A stretch of DNA of 64,000 nt from Thermoplasmata archaeon (GTDB taxonomy: Archaea; Thermoplasmatota; Thermoplasmata; Lutacidiplasmatales; UBA184), in NCBI GenBank assembly GCA_035622275.1, contig DASPVQ010000020.1:86067-150066 (forward strand). The letters run 5' to 3'. Each line of letters starts with the position of its first letter. Position 1 is the first letter of the stretch. Shown here in pieces: positions 1 through 8,411 of this stretch. Made by a program: the position numbers and the translations under genes. The notes below the pieces were generated by a model. It did not search any database, was not told where the DNA came from, and was given only the letters and a program-made list of their open reading frames with translations.

Positions 1-1696
1 CTTAGGTTGGTCCGCGGACCAGGTGCTCGCCCAGCTCGACACGGACGGAGGGGAGGAGGGCGACTTCGCCTTCCCCGTCCACCGCGCCGCCGCCGAGGCC
101 CACCGACCGGCGGAGGAGTTCGCCGGCGCGCTCGCGCGGGCGTTCCCGGCCGATGCCCAGCTCCTGCCCCCGCGCGCGAAGGGCGCGTACCTCAACGTCG
201 CCGCCGATCCCCGCCGTCTCACGGAGGCCACCCTCGGCCTCGTGCTCGGCCGCCGCGATCGCTACGGGCGCCGCGAGCGTGCCGGACCGGCCACGTGCGT
301 CGAGCACACCAGCGCGAACCCGACCGGCCCGTTCCACATCGGCCGCGTCCGCAACGCGATCATCGGCGACACGCTCGCGCGGATCGTGCGGGCGAGCGGA
401 GCGGCGGTCACGACGCAGTACTACGTCGACGACATGGGCCGGCAGGCCGCGCTGATCAGCTGGATCTGGTCGAAGCCCCGCGATCAGTGGCCGGCCGCGG
501 TTCGCGAGGCGGTCGACGGCCATGAGGAACCCGGCGAGAAGCCGGACCGGCGCTGGGGGCGGCCCTATCCCGCGGCGAGCGCGTATCTCAAGGAGCACGC
601 GGACGCGCAGGCCGAGGTCGCGGCCCGAGTGCAACAGATCGAGAGTGGCGCTCCGCCACCGGACCACCGGCAGATCACGCAGCAGATCCTCGATGGGATG
701 CTCGCGTCACTCGCGCGGCTCGACATCCACTTCGACGAGTTCGTCTGGGAGTCGGACTTCCTGCGGGACGGTTCGGTCGAGCGCGTCCTCGAGCGGCTCC
801 GCCAGGCGCCGCACGCCGTGCGCGAGGACAACGGGGCATGGGCGATCGACGCCGCCGGCTACGGACTTCCCAAAGCGACCTCGCGGGTGATCTTCCAGCG
901 CGGGAACGGCACGAGCCTCTACGTGACGCGCGACGTCGCCTACCACCTCGCGAAGTTCGCCCGCTTCGCGTCCCTCATCGACGTGCTCGGCCAGGACCAC
1001 CAGCTCCACGCCCGCACGCTGAACGCGTTGCTCGCCGAGGTCGGCGAGGCGCGGCGCCCGACGTACCTCGTGTACCAGGACATCACGGTCCCCGAGGGCG
1101 GCCGGATGTCGACGCGCAAGGGATCGGCCGTCTGGCTCGACCAGCTCATCGAGGAGGCCGTCGAGCGGGCGCGCCGCGAGGTCCGCTCCCGACGGGAGGA
1201 CCTACTGGAGTCGGACCTCGAGCGGATCGCCGAGGCCGTCGCGACCGGGGCGATCCGCTACCACATCGCGCGGGTCGCCCCGGAGAAGCCCGTCGCCTTT
1301 CGCTGGGAGGACGCCCTCAGTTTCGAGGGGCGAAGCGGTCCGTTCCTCCAGTACGCCTACGCGCGGGCGTCGAGCGTGCTCCGAAAGGCGGAGCAGGACG
1401 CGGGCCCGTTCCCGTTCGATGCCGGCCGCCTGACCGATCCGGAGGAGGCGGCGCTCGTTCGGATCCTCGCGCGGTTCCCCTCCACGGTCGCGCGGGCGGC
1501 CCGGTCCATGCACGTCCAGTCCGTCGCGGGCTACGCGCACGAACTGGCCGACCGGTTCAACCGGTTCTACCACGCGGTCCCCGTGCTGCGGAGCGGGGAG
1601 GAGCGCGCGAGCCGGATCGCGCTGGTCGCGGCCGTACGGCAGGCGCTGGGCAACGCCCTGGACCTCCTCGGCGTCGCGCGCCTGGAGACGATGTAG
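1..1696 (+). CDS. argS: Arginine--tRNA ligase (5' end probably outside the window)
   Basis: The frame is open from position 2. The class I HIGH-like motif PTGPFHIGRVRN and an MSTRKG (KMSKS-like) motif are present, with a DALR-type C-terminus. The HIGH motif lies only about 105 aa from the window edge, so the N-terminal domain is likely upstream. Confidence 0.85.
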   Translation, partial: LGWSADQVLAQLDTDGGEEGDFAFPVHRAAAEAHRPAEEFAGALARAFPADAQLLPPRAKGAYLNVAADPRRLTEATLGLVLGRRDRYGRRERAGPATCVEHTSANPTGPFHIGRVRNAIIGDTLARIVRASGAAVTTQYYVDDMGRQAALISWIWSKPRDQWPAAVREAVDGHEEPGEKPDRRWGRPYPAASAYLKEHADAQAEVAARVQQIESGAPPPDHRQITQQILDGMLASLARLDIHFDEFVWESDFLRDGSVERVLERLRQAPHAVREDNGAWAIDAAGYGLPKATSRVIFQRGNGTSLYVTRDVAYHLAKFARFASLIDVLGQDHQLHARTLNALLAEVGEARRPTYLVYQDITVPEGGRMSTRKGSAVWLDQLIEEAVERARREVRSRREDLLESDLERIAEAVATGAIRYHIARVAPEKPVAFRWEDALSFEGRSGPFLQYAYARASSVLRKAEQDAGPFPFDAGRLTDPEEAALVRILARFPSTVARAARSMHVQSVAGYAHELADRFNRFYHAVPVLRSGEERASRIALVAAVRQALGNALDLLGVARLETM

Positions 1697-1750
1697 TCGT
1701 CGGTCGCGGAACCATCAAGTAGCGGGGGGGCGGTTCCGCTCGAGATTTCC

Positions 1751-2194
1751 ATGGGGAGCATCCGCGAGGACTTCCAGAAGTTCATCAGCCGAGGGAACCT
1801 GATCCAGCTGGCGATCGCGTTCGTGATGGGCGTCGCGTTCACCGCGCTGGTCACGGCGCTGGTCGTGGACATCTTCACGCCGCTCATCGGCGTCGCCGGG
1901 AAGTTCAACTTTCAGTCCTGGAACTACACGCTCAACGGCAGCACGTTCATGCAGGGCGCCTTCCTCAACGCGGTCATCACGTTCATCACGATCGTGGTCG
2001 TCGTCTTCTTCGCGATCGCGCTGCCCTATCAGCGCTACCAGGACCGACAGGCGGCGAAGAAGGCCGCCGCGCCCCCGACGACCCGACCGTGCCCGGAGTG
2101 CCTGTCCGACATCCCCCTCGCGGCGAAGCGCTGCGCCTTCTGCACCTCGATGGTGAGCCCGGTGGACGCGAGCACGGTCGCCAAGCCGAGCTAG
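1751..2194 (+). CDS. mscL: Large-conductance mechanosensitive channel MscL
   Basis: The N-terminus FQKFISRGNLIQLAIAFVMGVAF and a second TM helix match MscL. It is 147 aa, with a conserved MscL-like C-terminal Cys motif. Confidence 0.85.
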   Translation: MGSIREDFQKFISRGNLIQLAIAFVMGVAFTALVTALVVDIFTPLIGVAGKFNFQSWNYTLNGSTFMQGAFLNAVITFITIVVVVFFAIALPYQRYQDRQAAKKAAAPPTTRPCPECLSDIPLAAKRCAFCTSMVSPVDASTVAKPS

Positions 2195-2880
2195 GCGCGC
2201 ACGAGGAGCGGGTCGACGACGCCGGCGGCGGCGAAGCCACGCGCCCTCAGCCGGCAGGCGTCACAGCGGCCGCAGGGCCGCGTCCCGCCCGCGTAGCAGC
2301 TCCACGTGAGCGCCCACGGAACGCCGAGCCGCTCGCCGGCGCGCACGATCTCGGCCTTGGTCCACCGCAGGAGCGGGGCCCGGACCCGCAGGCGCGCGCG
2401 ACCTTCGACCCCGCGCCTCGTTCCGAGCCGGGCCACGCGCTCGAACGCACGGAGGAACTCCGGCCGGCAGTCCGGGTAGCCGGAATAATCGATCGCGTTC
2501 GCGCCGAGGTAGATCCGATCGAGGCCGTGGGACTCGGCGTAGCCCAGGGCGAGCGCGAGGAGGACCGTGTTGCGCGCCGGCACGTACGTCGCCGGGATCG
2601 CGCCAGGGCGCGGTCCGCCGCGCGGGAGCGCCCTCCTCCGGTCCGTGAGCGCCGAATCGACGAGCGACGCGATCGGGACCCGGACCACGACGTGCCGCCG
2701 GGTCCGGAATCGGCGGGCGAGAGCGCGCGCGGAGCGGACTTCGCGCGCGTGCCGCTGGCCGTAGAGGACGGTGAGCGCATGGACCTCCCGATGCGCGCGC
2801 CGCGCGATCGCGAGGCAGGTCGCGGAGTCCATGCCGCCGGACAGGAGGACCACCGCCCCACGGCGCCGCTCCGGATTCAC
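2191..2880 (-). CDS. queC: 7-cyano-7-deazaguanine synthase QueC
   Basis: The PP-loop VVLLSGGMDSATC and the C-terminal Cys cluster CxxC...CGRCDAC match QueC. It is 229 aa when started at GTG 2880, which overlaps the stop of the upstream gene (GTGA). The listed 376-aa ORF is read-through into the neighbouring gene. Confidence 0.85.
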   Translation of the reverse strand: MNPERRRGAVVLLSGGMDSATCLAIARRAHREVHALTVLYGQRHAREVRSARALARRFRTRRHVVVRVPIASLVDSALTDRRRALPRGGPRPGAIPATYVPARNTVLLALALGYAESHGLDRIYLGANAIDYSGYPDCRPEFLRAFERVARLGTRRGVEGRARLRVRAPLLRWTKAEIVRAGERLGVPWALTWSCYAGGTRPCGRCDACRLRARGFAAAGVVDPLLVRA

Positions 2881-3638
2881 AGCGCCCCTCCGGCGGCCAC
2901 CACCACGAGCGCGGCGATCCCAACGGCGGCGAGCATGCCGAGGAAGTTCGTCGATCCCTTGGAGAGGTACCCGCGGTTCTCCAGGGTCTCGCCGAGCACG
3001 GAGTCGATCTGACATCCCACGAAACCGGCGACGACGACGGTGATCAGGAACAGCGGGAAGTCGGGCAGCGGCGTCGCGAACAGTCGGAACAGCCCGAGCC
3101 CCACGATCGCCGTCGTCCCGGCGCCGACGAACGCCCAGGCCTCGCCGATCCCCGAGACCCCGCCGTTCGTCCCGGGCGGGACCGGTCGCAGCGTGAGGAT
3201 GCTGCGCGCGCGACCGGCGAGGACACCGAGCTCGCTCGCGAAGGTGTCCGCCGCGCCGAAGGCGAGGGCGCTCGCATAGAGCACCGCGAGGGCCGGCATC
3301 GGGAGCGCCGGCGGCCCCCATCCCCCCGCCAGCGCGAGCCCCGTGGGGATCACGATGTGCGCGACGACGTTCGATACCCCGCGCTCGCCCGAGGCACCCT
3401 CCTGGACCTGCGCCCGCCGCTTCTCGTCGAAGCGGAACCGCGTCACGGCGACGCTCGCCACCACGAACAGAATCATCATCGCCAGGAACGGGAATCCCGC
3501 GAACACCACGATCACGATGCCGAAGGCGGCGGCGACCCCGCCGGCGACCGGCGTCAGGGCCCGGGCCGCAACGGCGCCCAGCGCGAGGGCGACCGTGACG
3601 AGCGCCCCCGCGAGTGCCGGCCAGAACGAGAGCACCAA
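2877..3638 (-). CDS. DUF92/TMEM19-family integral membrane protein
   Basis: The protein is 253 aa, multi-pass hydrophobic and Gly/Ala-rich, typical of the DUF92 family. It is translationally coupled to queC. Confidence 0.55.
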   Translation of the reverse strand: MVLSFWPALAGALVTVALALGAVAARALTPVAGGVAAAFGIVIVVFAGFPFLAMMILFVVASVAVTRFRFDEKRRAQVQEGASGERGVSNVVAHIVIPTGLALAGGWGPPALPMPALAVLYASALAFGAADTFASELGVLAGRARSILTLRPVPPGTNGGVSGIGEAWAFVGAGTTAIVGLGLFRLFATPLPDFPLFLITVVVAGFVGCQIDSVLGETLENRGYLSKGSTNFLGMLAAVGIAALVVVAAGGAL

Positions 3639-3698
3639 GGGCGGTCCTCGAGGGCGAGCAGGCGCGGCGCTTAACGCCTTCCCGAGCGCCGAGCCTCG

Positions 3699-4283
3699 TC
3701 AGCCGCGCGCGAGGATGCGCTGCACCGCATTGGCGAACGTGCTCGCGACGATCTCCGGCGCGGCGTCGGCCCGCTCCGGCGCGCCCGCGAGCGGGGGGCT
3801 CACCGAGACGGGCGGGACGAGCGCGGTCAACAGCCCGAGACGTCGCCCGGCCTCGATGTCGATATCGCGGTCGCCGACGATCGCGCTGGAGGCGAAGTCG
3901 ATCTGCCAGTCGCGGCGGGCCTCCTCGAACAGGAGCGTGCCGGGCTTGCGGCAGGCGCAGGCGTGCTCGGGGGCGTGCGGACAGTAGTAGAACGCATCGA
4001 TCCGCGCGCGGTGCGCTCGCAGGAGCTCGTTGAGTCTCGCGTGGATCTGCTCGACATCCTCGCGCGTGTAGAGCCCGCGTTCGACGCCGGATTGATTCGT
4101 CACGCAGATCGCCAGGAACCCGTGGTCGTGGGCGAGGGACAGCGCGTCGCCGACCCCGCGGAACAGCTCGAGCCGGTCGGCGTCCTTGAGGTAGTGCAGG
4201 TCGGGATTGAGCGTCCCGTCCCGATCCACGAACAGGGCACGACGCACCGGAGGTTCCGACGCCGGCCGGGGAGAGGTTGCCAT
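3699..4283 (-). CDS. HAD-IIIA family phosphatase (GmhB / histidinol-phosphatase-like)
   Basis: The motif FVDRDGTLN carries the DxDGT nucleophile. CVTNQSG and a GDRDID C-terminal motif fit the family, as does a CPHxPxxxCxCRKP zinc motif typical of GmhB. Confidence 0.7.
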   Translation of the reverse strand: MATSPRPASEPPVRRALFVDRDGTLNPDLHYLKDADRLELFRGVGDALSLAHDHGFLAICVTNQSGVERGLYTREDVEQIHARLNELLRAHRARIDAFYYCPHAPEHACACRKPGTLLFEEARRDWQIDFASSAIVGDRDIDIEAGRRLGLLTALVPPVSVSPPLAGAPERADAAPEIVASTFANAVQRILARG

Positions 4284-4335
4284 CGTACCGCCGCTAGAGC
4301 GCCGGCCGATAAGCGTTGACGGCCTGCGGCGAGCG

Positions 4336-5109
4336 ATGGCGGCGGGGCGACGCGCGTCCTCCGCGCCGGGCGAGGAGGGGCTCTATCTCGAGCTCGATCG
4401 GGCGTTCGCGCCGGCCCTTCAGGCGATCGCCGAGCCGGCGGCTCCACTCTGCCTGCTCTTCTCCGGCGGCGTGGACTCCGGGTTGCTCGCCTGGGAACTG
4501 CGCTCCCGTCGCGACGTGCAGCTACTGACCGTCGGCGCGCGGGGGGCCACCGACTTTGCCGCGGCGGCCGAAGCGGCCCGGACCCTCGGACTGCCCTGGA
4601 CGCCGGAGGAAGTGGACGAGCGCGCGGCCCGCGACGTGCTCGCGACCGTGCCACCGGAGGTGCGGCGTCTGCCGTTGACGCCCCGAACGGTCCTGGTCGC
4701 CCTTGCGATCGCGCTGAGCCGAACTCCGCCGTCCCACGTCCTCTGCGGCCAGGGACCGGACGAGCTCTTCCTCGGCTACGCGCACTTCCAGGGCCTCTCC
4801 GTGGACGGCGCCCGACGACGGGTGCAGTACGACCTCCGTGCGGCCCTCGACCGCGACTGGCCGCTCACCCAGGAGATCGCGAGCGGTCGGGGGAGACGCA
4901 TCAGCGCGCCATACCTAAACGAGCGATTCGTCGCCGCCGCCGAAGCGATCCCGCTCGAGCGACGGCGGCCGGATCCCGAACCCAAGGGTCTCTTCCGACG
5001 GTGGGCGCGCCACCGTGGGCTGCCGGAGTCGATCGCGCGTCGGCCGAAGCGGGCGCTCCAGTTCGGCAGCGGGCTCGCCCGCCTCCTCCGCTCGATCGGC
5101 GAGGGCTGA
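4336..5109 (+). CDS. Asparagine-synthetase-B C-terminal-like PP-loop ATP pyrophosphatase (stand-alone synthetase domain)
   Basis: The PP-loop LLFSGGVDSGLLAW is present, together with AsnB-C-terminal-like blocks GQGPDELFLGY and RPKRALQFGSG. The start is taken at the internal ATG 4336 to avoid overlap with the divergent HAD gene. Confidence 0.6.
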   Translation: MAAGRRASSAPGEEGLYLELDRAFAPALQAIAEPAAPLCLLFSGGVDSGLLAWELRSRRDVQLLTVGARGATDFAAAAEAARTLGLPWTPEEVDERAARDVLATVPPEVRRLPLTPRTVLVALAIALSRTPPSHVLCGQGPDELFLGYAHFQGLSVDGARRRVQYDLRAALDRDWPLTQEIASGRGRRISAPYLNERFVAAAEAIPLERRRPDPEPKGLFRRWARHRGLPESIARRPKRALQFGSGLARLLRSIGEG

Positions 5110-5190
5110 GGGAGCCCGGTCCGCGCGCCCGCCCCTCCGTCAGCGTCTCGCCGCACTATCCCTATATATCCGGCACCGGGTCCCGCGGAC

Positions 5191-6555
5191 GTGACGGCCG
5201 ATGCGGCCTCGCTTTTCTGTCCACTCGAGTTCCGCTACGGCCGCGCTGAGGTGCGCGAGCTGTTCTCGCGGGGCGCGCGGCTCGCGCGGGCCCTCCAGGT
5301 CGAGGCGGCGCTGGCAGCCGCCGAGGCCGAGCAGGGGATGATCCCGACGGAGGCCGCGGCCCAGATCGCGCGCGCCGCGGATCTAGCCCACGTGTCGGTG
5401 GAGACGGTCGACGAGATCGAGCGCTCCACCCACCACGACGTGATGGCGATGACGCGCGCGCTCGCGCGGGCCGCCGGCGACGGCGGACGGTGGGTCCACT
5501 ACGGAGCGACCAGCGCGGACATCACCGAGACCGCGCTAGCACTCGAGCTCAAGGAGTGTGCCGCGGTCCTGCGGAGCGACCTCACCGATCTCGCCCGGAC
5601 GCTCGCCGAGCTCGCACGACGCCACCGGGCGACCGCCGAGATCGCCCGCACCCACGGTCAACACGGCATCCCGATCAGCTTCGGCCACAAGATGGCGGTC
5701 GCGGCCGCCGAGGTCGCGCGGCACCGGCGGCGCCTCGACGAGCTGCGGCCGCGCCTGCTCGTCGGCAAGATGGCTGGCGCGGTCGGCACCGGCGCCGGGT
5801 TCGGAACCCACGCCGAGGCGGTCGAGTCCGGCGTGATGCAGCGCCTCGGGATCGCCGCCGACGAAGCCCCGACCCAGCTGGTCGGGCGCGACCGGCTCGC
5901 GGAGTTCACGAACTGGCTCGCGCTGGTCGCCGCCACCGCCGAACGGCTGTCCACCGAGGTGCGCAACCTTCAGCGCACCGAGATCGCGGAGGTCTCCGAG
6001 CCGTTCGACGAGGCGAGCCAGGTCGGCAGCTCGACGATGGCGCAGAAGCGCAACCCGATCGTCTCGGAGAACATCACCAGCCTCGCCCGCCTGATCCGGG
6101 CCTTCGCGCTCCCGCCGCTGGAGAACATGGTCCAGTGGCACGAGCGGGACCTCGCGAACTCGGCGAACGAGCGGATCGTCCTGCCGCACGCGATCGTGCT
6201 CGCCGACGACGTTCTCGTCAAGCTCACCGAGGTGTTTCGGGGCCTGCACGTCGACGCGGCTCGCATGGCCGACGTCGTGGCCGCGTCGGACGCCGCGATG
6301 ACCGAGAGCCTCGTGCTGGCGCTGACCGCCAAGGGGCTCGCGCGGGCCGACGCTCACGAGGCCCTTCGTCGCCTGACCCGGGACGCGGGGCGCGGCGCGC
6401 GGATCGCTGAACGGGCCAAGAGCGATCCGGCCGTGACGAGCTACCTCACGGCCGCCGAGATCGACACGATCCTCGATCCGTCGAGCTACGTCCGGTCGGC
6501 GAGCGCCCGCACGGACCGGATCCTGGCCTCGCTCGAGCGGGACCTCACCGGATGA
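5191..6555 (+). CDS. purB: Adenylosuccinate lyase
   Basis: The fumarate-lyase superfamily signature GSSTMAQKRNP and the PurB N-terminus (EFRYG) are present. It is 454 aa. Confidence 0.9.
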   Translation: MTADAASLFCPLEFRYGRAEVRELFSRGARLARALQVEAALAAAEAEQGMIPTEAAAQIARAADLAHVSVETVDEIERSTHHDVMAMTRALARAAGDGGRWVHYGATSADITETALALELKECAAVLRSDLTDLARTLAELARRHRATAEIARTHGQHGIPISFGHKMAVAAAEVARHRRRLDELRPRLLVGKMAGAVGTGAGFGTHAEAVESGVMQRLGIAADEAPTQLVGRDRLAEFTNWLALVAATAERLSTEVRNLQRTEIAEVSEPFDEASQVGSSTMAQKRNPIVSENITSLARLIRAFALPPLENMVQWHERDLANSANERIVLPHAIVLADDVLVKLTEVFRGLHVDAARMADVVAASDAAMTESLVLALTAKGLARADAHEALRRLTRDAGRGARIAERAKSDPAVTSYLTAAEIDTILDPSSYVRSASARTDRILASLERDLTG

Positions 6556-6836
6556 CCGCGGCGCCCAGCGTCTGGACGGCGCGACTCACCGTCGCGCTCG
6601 GCGAGGCGCGCCGGGCCGCTCGCCTGGCCGAGGCGCTCGGCCCCGAGTCCCGGCGGGAGGTGCCCCGCGCGTCGGCGGCGGTCGACCGGCCGGGGCCGGG
6701 AACAGTCGAACTGCTCGTTCGGGCCCGAGATTCCGGCGCGATGCGGGCGGCGCTGAACACCTACCTCGGCTGGATCCATCTCGCCCTCGAGACCGAGCGG
6801 GCCGGTCGGGCTCCGGAGGTCGAGCCCGGAGCCTGA
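6552..6836 (+). CDS. KEOPS complex subunit Pcc1-like protein
   Basis: It is 94 aa. The C-terminal block ALRAALNTYLGWIHLALE resembles the conserved Pcc1 ALR..NSYLRWI helix. Its ATG overlaps the purB stop (ATGA). Confidence 0.5.
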   Translation: MTAAPSVWTARLTVALGEARRAARLAEALGPESRREVPRASAAVDRPGPGTVELLVRARDSGAMRAALNTYLGWIHLALETERAGRAPEVEPGA

Positions 6837-6908
6837 TCCCGCGCGCTCGGCGCGTCCGCGCGATGCCGGCCGCCGAAGCGCTTATGTTCGGAGTCGGGTG
6901 GCCGGGCC

Positions 6909-7292
6909 GTGGCGCTGCCGGCGAAGCTTCAGAACGACCTCAAGCAGTTCCAGCGACTCCAACAGGAGCTCGGGAACGCGCAGCAGCAGCGGCTCCAGAT
7001 CGACCTCAAGCTGCGCGAGGTCACGCACACCCTGGAGGAGCTCAAGGGCGTCGCGGACGACGGCGTCATCTACCGCCCGATCGGCGGGCTGCTGGTCCGG
7101 GCGAAGAGCAAGAAGGAGGTCGATGACCTCCTGACCGAGGAGAAGGAGACCCTCGAGGTCCGCCTCAAGGCGCTCGAGCGGCAGGAGGGCCACCTGCGCG
7201 AGCGCTACACGACGATGCAGCAGGAGCTCTCCCAGGCGCTCCAGGCCGCCGGGGTGTCTCCGGCGGGCCCCGCCGACACCGGCGACGAGTAG
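6909..7292 (+). CDS. pfdB: Prefoldin beta subunit
   Basis: It is 127 aa with a coiled-coil / beta-hairpin / coiled-coil layout (LQRLQQEL...IYRPIGGLLV...LEVRLKALE). The start is GTG. Confidence 0.8.
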   Translation: MALPAKLQNDLKQFQRLQQELGNAQQQRLQIDLKLREVTHTLEELKGVADDGVIYRPIGGLLVRAKSKKEVDDLLTEEKETLEVRLKALERQEGHLRERYTTMQQELSQALQAAGVSPAGPADTGDE

Positions 7293-7295
7293 CGC

Positions 7296-8357
7296 TCAGG
7301 ACCGCCGGCGCACGAGGCGGTCGGCGATCTCCCGGACGAGCGGCTTGGCCGACGGCGGGATCGACCGTGTCCGATCGAGCCGGGCGAGGGCGCGGGCGGT
7401 GAGCGCGGCGATGCGCGTCTCGGAGCAGGCCAGACTCCCGGTCGCCCGTATCACCTCGCGCGCCCGCTCGACGTCCTCCGGCGTCGCGTTGGGGTTGCCG
7501 AGGACGCGCGAGAGCCGTCCGCGGTCCGCCTCGCTCGCCGCGGCCCAGGCCCTGACGAGCAGCAGCGTGCGCTTGCCCTCGGGCAGATCGTTCGGGCTCT
7601 TGCCGGTCTCCTCCGCGTCGAAACCGGCGCCGAGGACATCGTCGCGCAACTGGAACGCGATCCCGAGATCGAGCCCGATCGACTCCAGGTCGCCGAGGCG
7701 ATCCGGCCGCATCCCTCCGAGGAGCGCGCCGATCCTCAGCGGCGCCGCCACGGTGTAGACCGCGGACTTTAGGCGGTGGACGTTCAGCACATCGTCCTCG
7801 GTCACGGACCCCGGGTCGAGCGTCGCGTTGCGGATGTCGAGGAGCTGGCCGTACGCGGTCCAGCGCGTCATGCGAACGTACTCGCCGAGGGCGGCCAGGC
7901 GGGCGGGGAGGGGGGCGCGCACGGAAAGCAGCGCGTCGACGGTGAACGGCTCCTCGAGGTCGCCGAGCGTGATGCCGATGCCCACCCCGTACTCCTCGCT
8001 CGATCCGACACGGTGCTCGCGCCGGTGCATCGCCTCGGCCGCCCGGTGCACGCTGGGCCCACCGCGTCGCTGCTCCGCGTGGTCGATGATGTCGTCATGC
8101 ACCAGCATCCAGCTCTGGAAGTGCTCGAGGGCCGCGGCCGCCGGCAGCGCCGGCGTCGGCGGGCGGCGCGTCGCGAGATGGTAGCCGGCGAGCACCAGGA
8201 TCGCGCGGAAGCGCTTGCCACCGCGCAGCGTGAACTCCCGGTTCACGTCGAGGTAGGGCCGTACCGTCTCGGGCGCCGCGCTCCGGGCCCGGGCGTACGA
8301 TCGCGCGAGTTCACGCTCGAGCGGTCGGAGGTACCGGTAGAGACCGTTCAGATCCAC
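7296..8357 (-). CDS. idsA: Polyprenyl (geranylgeranyl) diphosphate synthase
   Basis: The first DDxxD motif (LVHDDIIDHAE) and the second DD motif (FQLRDDVLG) are present. It is 353 aa. Confidence 0.8.
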   Translation of the reverse strand: MDLNGLYRYLRPLERELARSYARARSAAPETVRPYLDVNREFTLRGGKRFRAILVLAGYHLATRRPPTPALPAAAALEHFQSWMLVHDDIIDHAEQRRGGPSVHRAAEAMHRREHRVGSSEEYGVGIGITLGDLEEPFTVDALLSVRAPLPARLAALGEYVRMTRWTAYGQLLDIRNATLDPGSVTEDDVLNVHRLKSAVYTVAAPLRIGALLGGMRPDRLGDLESIGLDLGIAFQLRDDVLGAGFDAEETGKSPNDLPEGKRTLLLVRAWAAASEADRGRLSRVLGNPNATPEDVERAREVIRATGSLACSETRIAALTARALARLDRTRSIPPSAKPLVREIADRLVRRRS

Positions 8358-8379
8358 GGCGGCTGCGCGTGGACTCCCA

Positions 8380-8392
8380 CGTATTTAATGAA
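8380..8392. promoter_or_regulatory. Shared AT-rich TATA element (TATTTAAT / ATTAAATA) between divergent idsA and TPR genes
   Basis: This is the only AT-rich stretch in the 55-bp divergent spacer. It lies about 26-32 bp upstream of the idsA GTG start (8357, minus strand) and about 23-30 bp upstream of the TPR ATG (8412, plus strand). Confidence 0.4.
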
Positions 8393-8411
8393 CCCTGCCT
8401 TGCGAACCTCG

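Noticed and set aside
2881-3321. Upstream extension of the 376-aa minus-strand ORF 2191..3321
   Set aside because: It reads through the DUF92 gene in another frame. QueC homology begins at GTG 2880, which overlaps the DUF92 stop.
7776-8411. N-terminal 212 codons of the long + ORF 7776..9530
   Set aside because: This part runs antisense through idsA and is Arg/Ala-rich with no motif. The TPR gene is better started at ATG 8412, with a TATA about 25 bp upstream.
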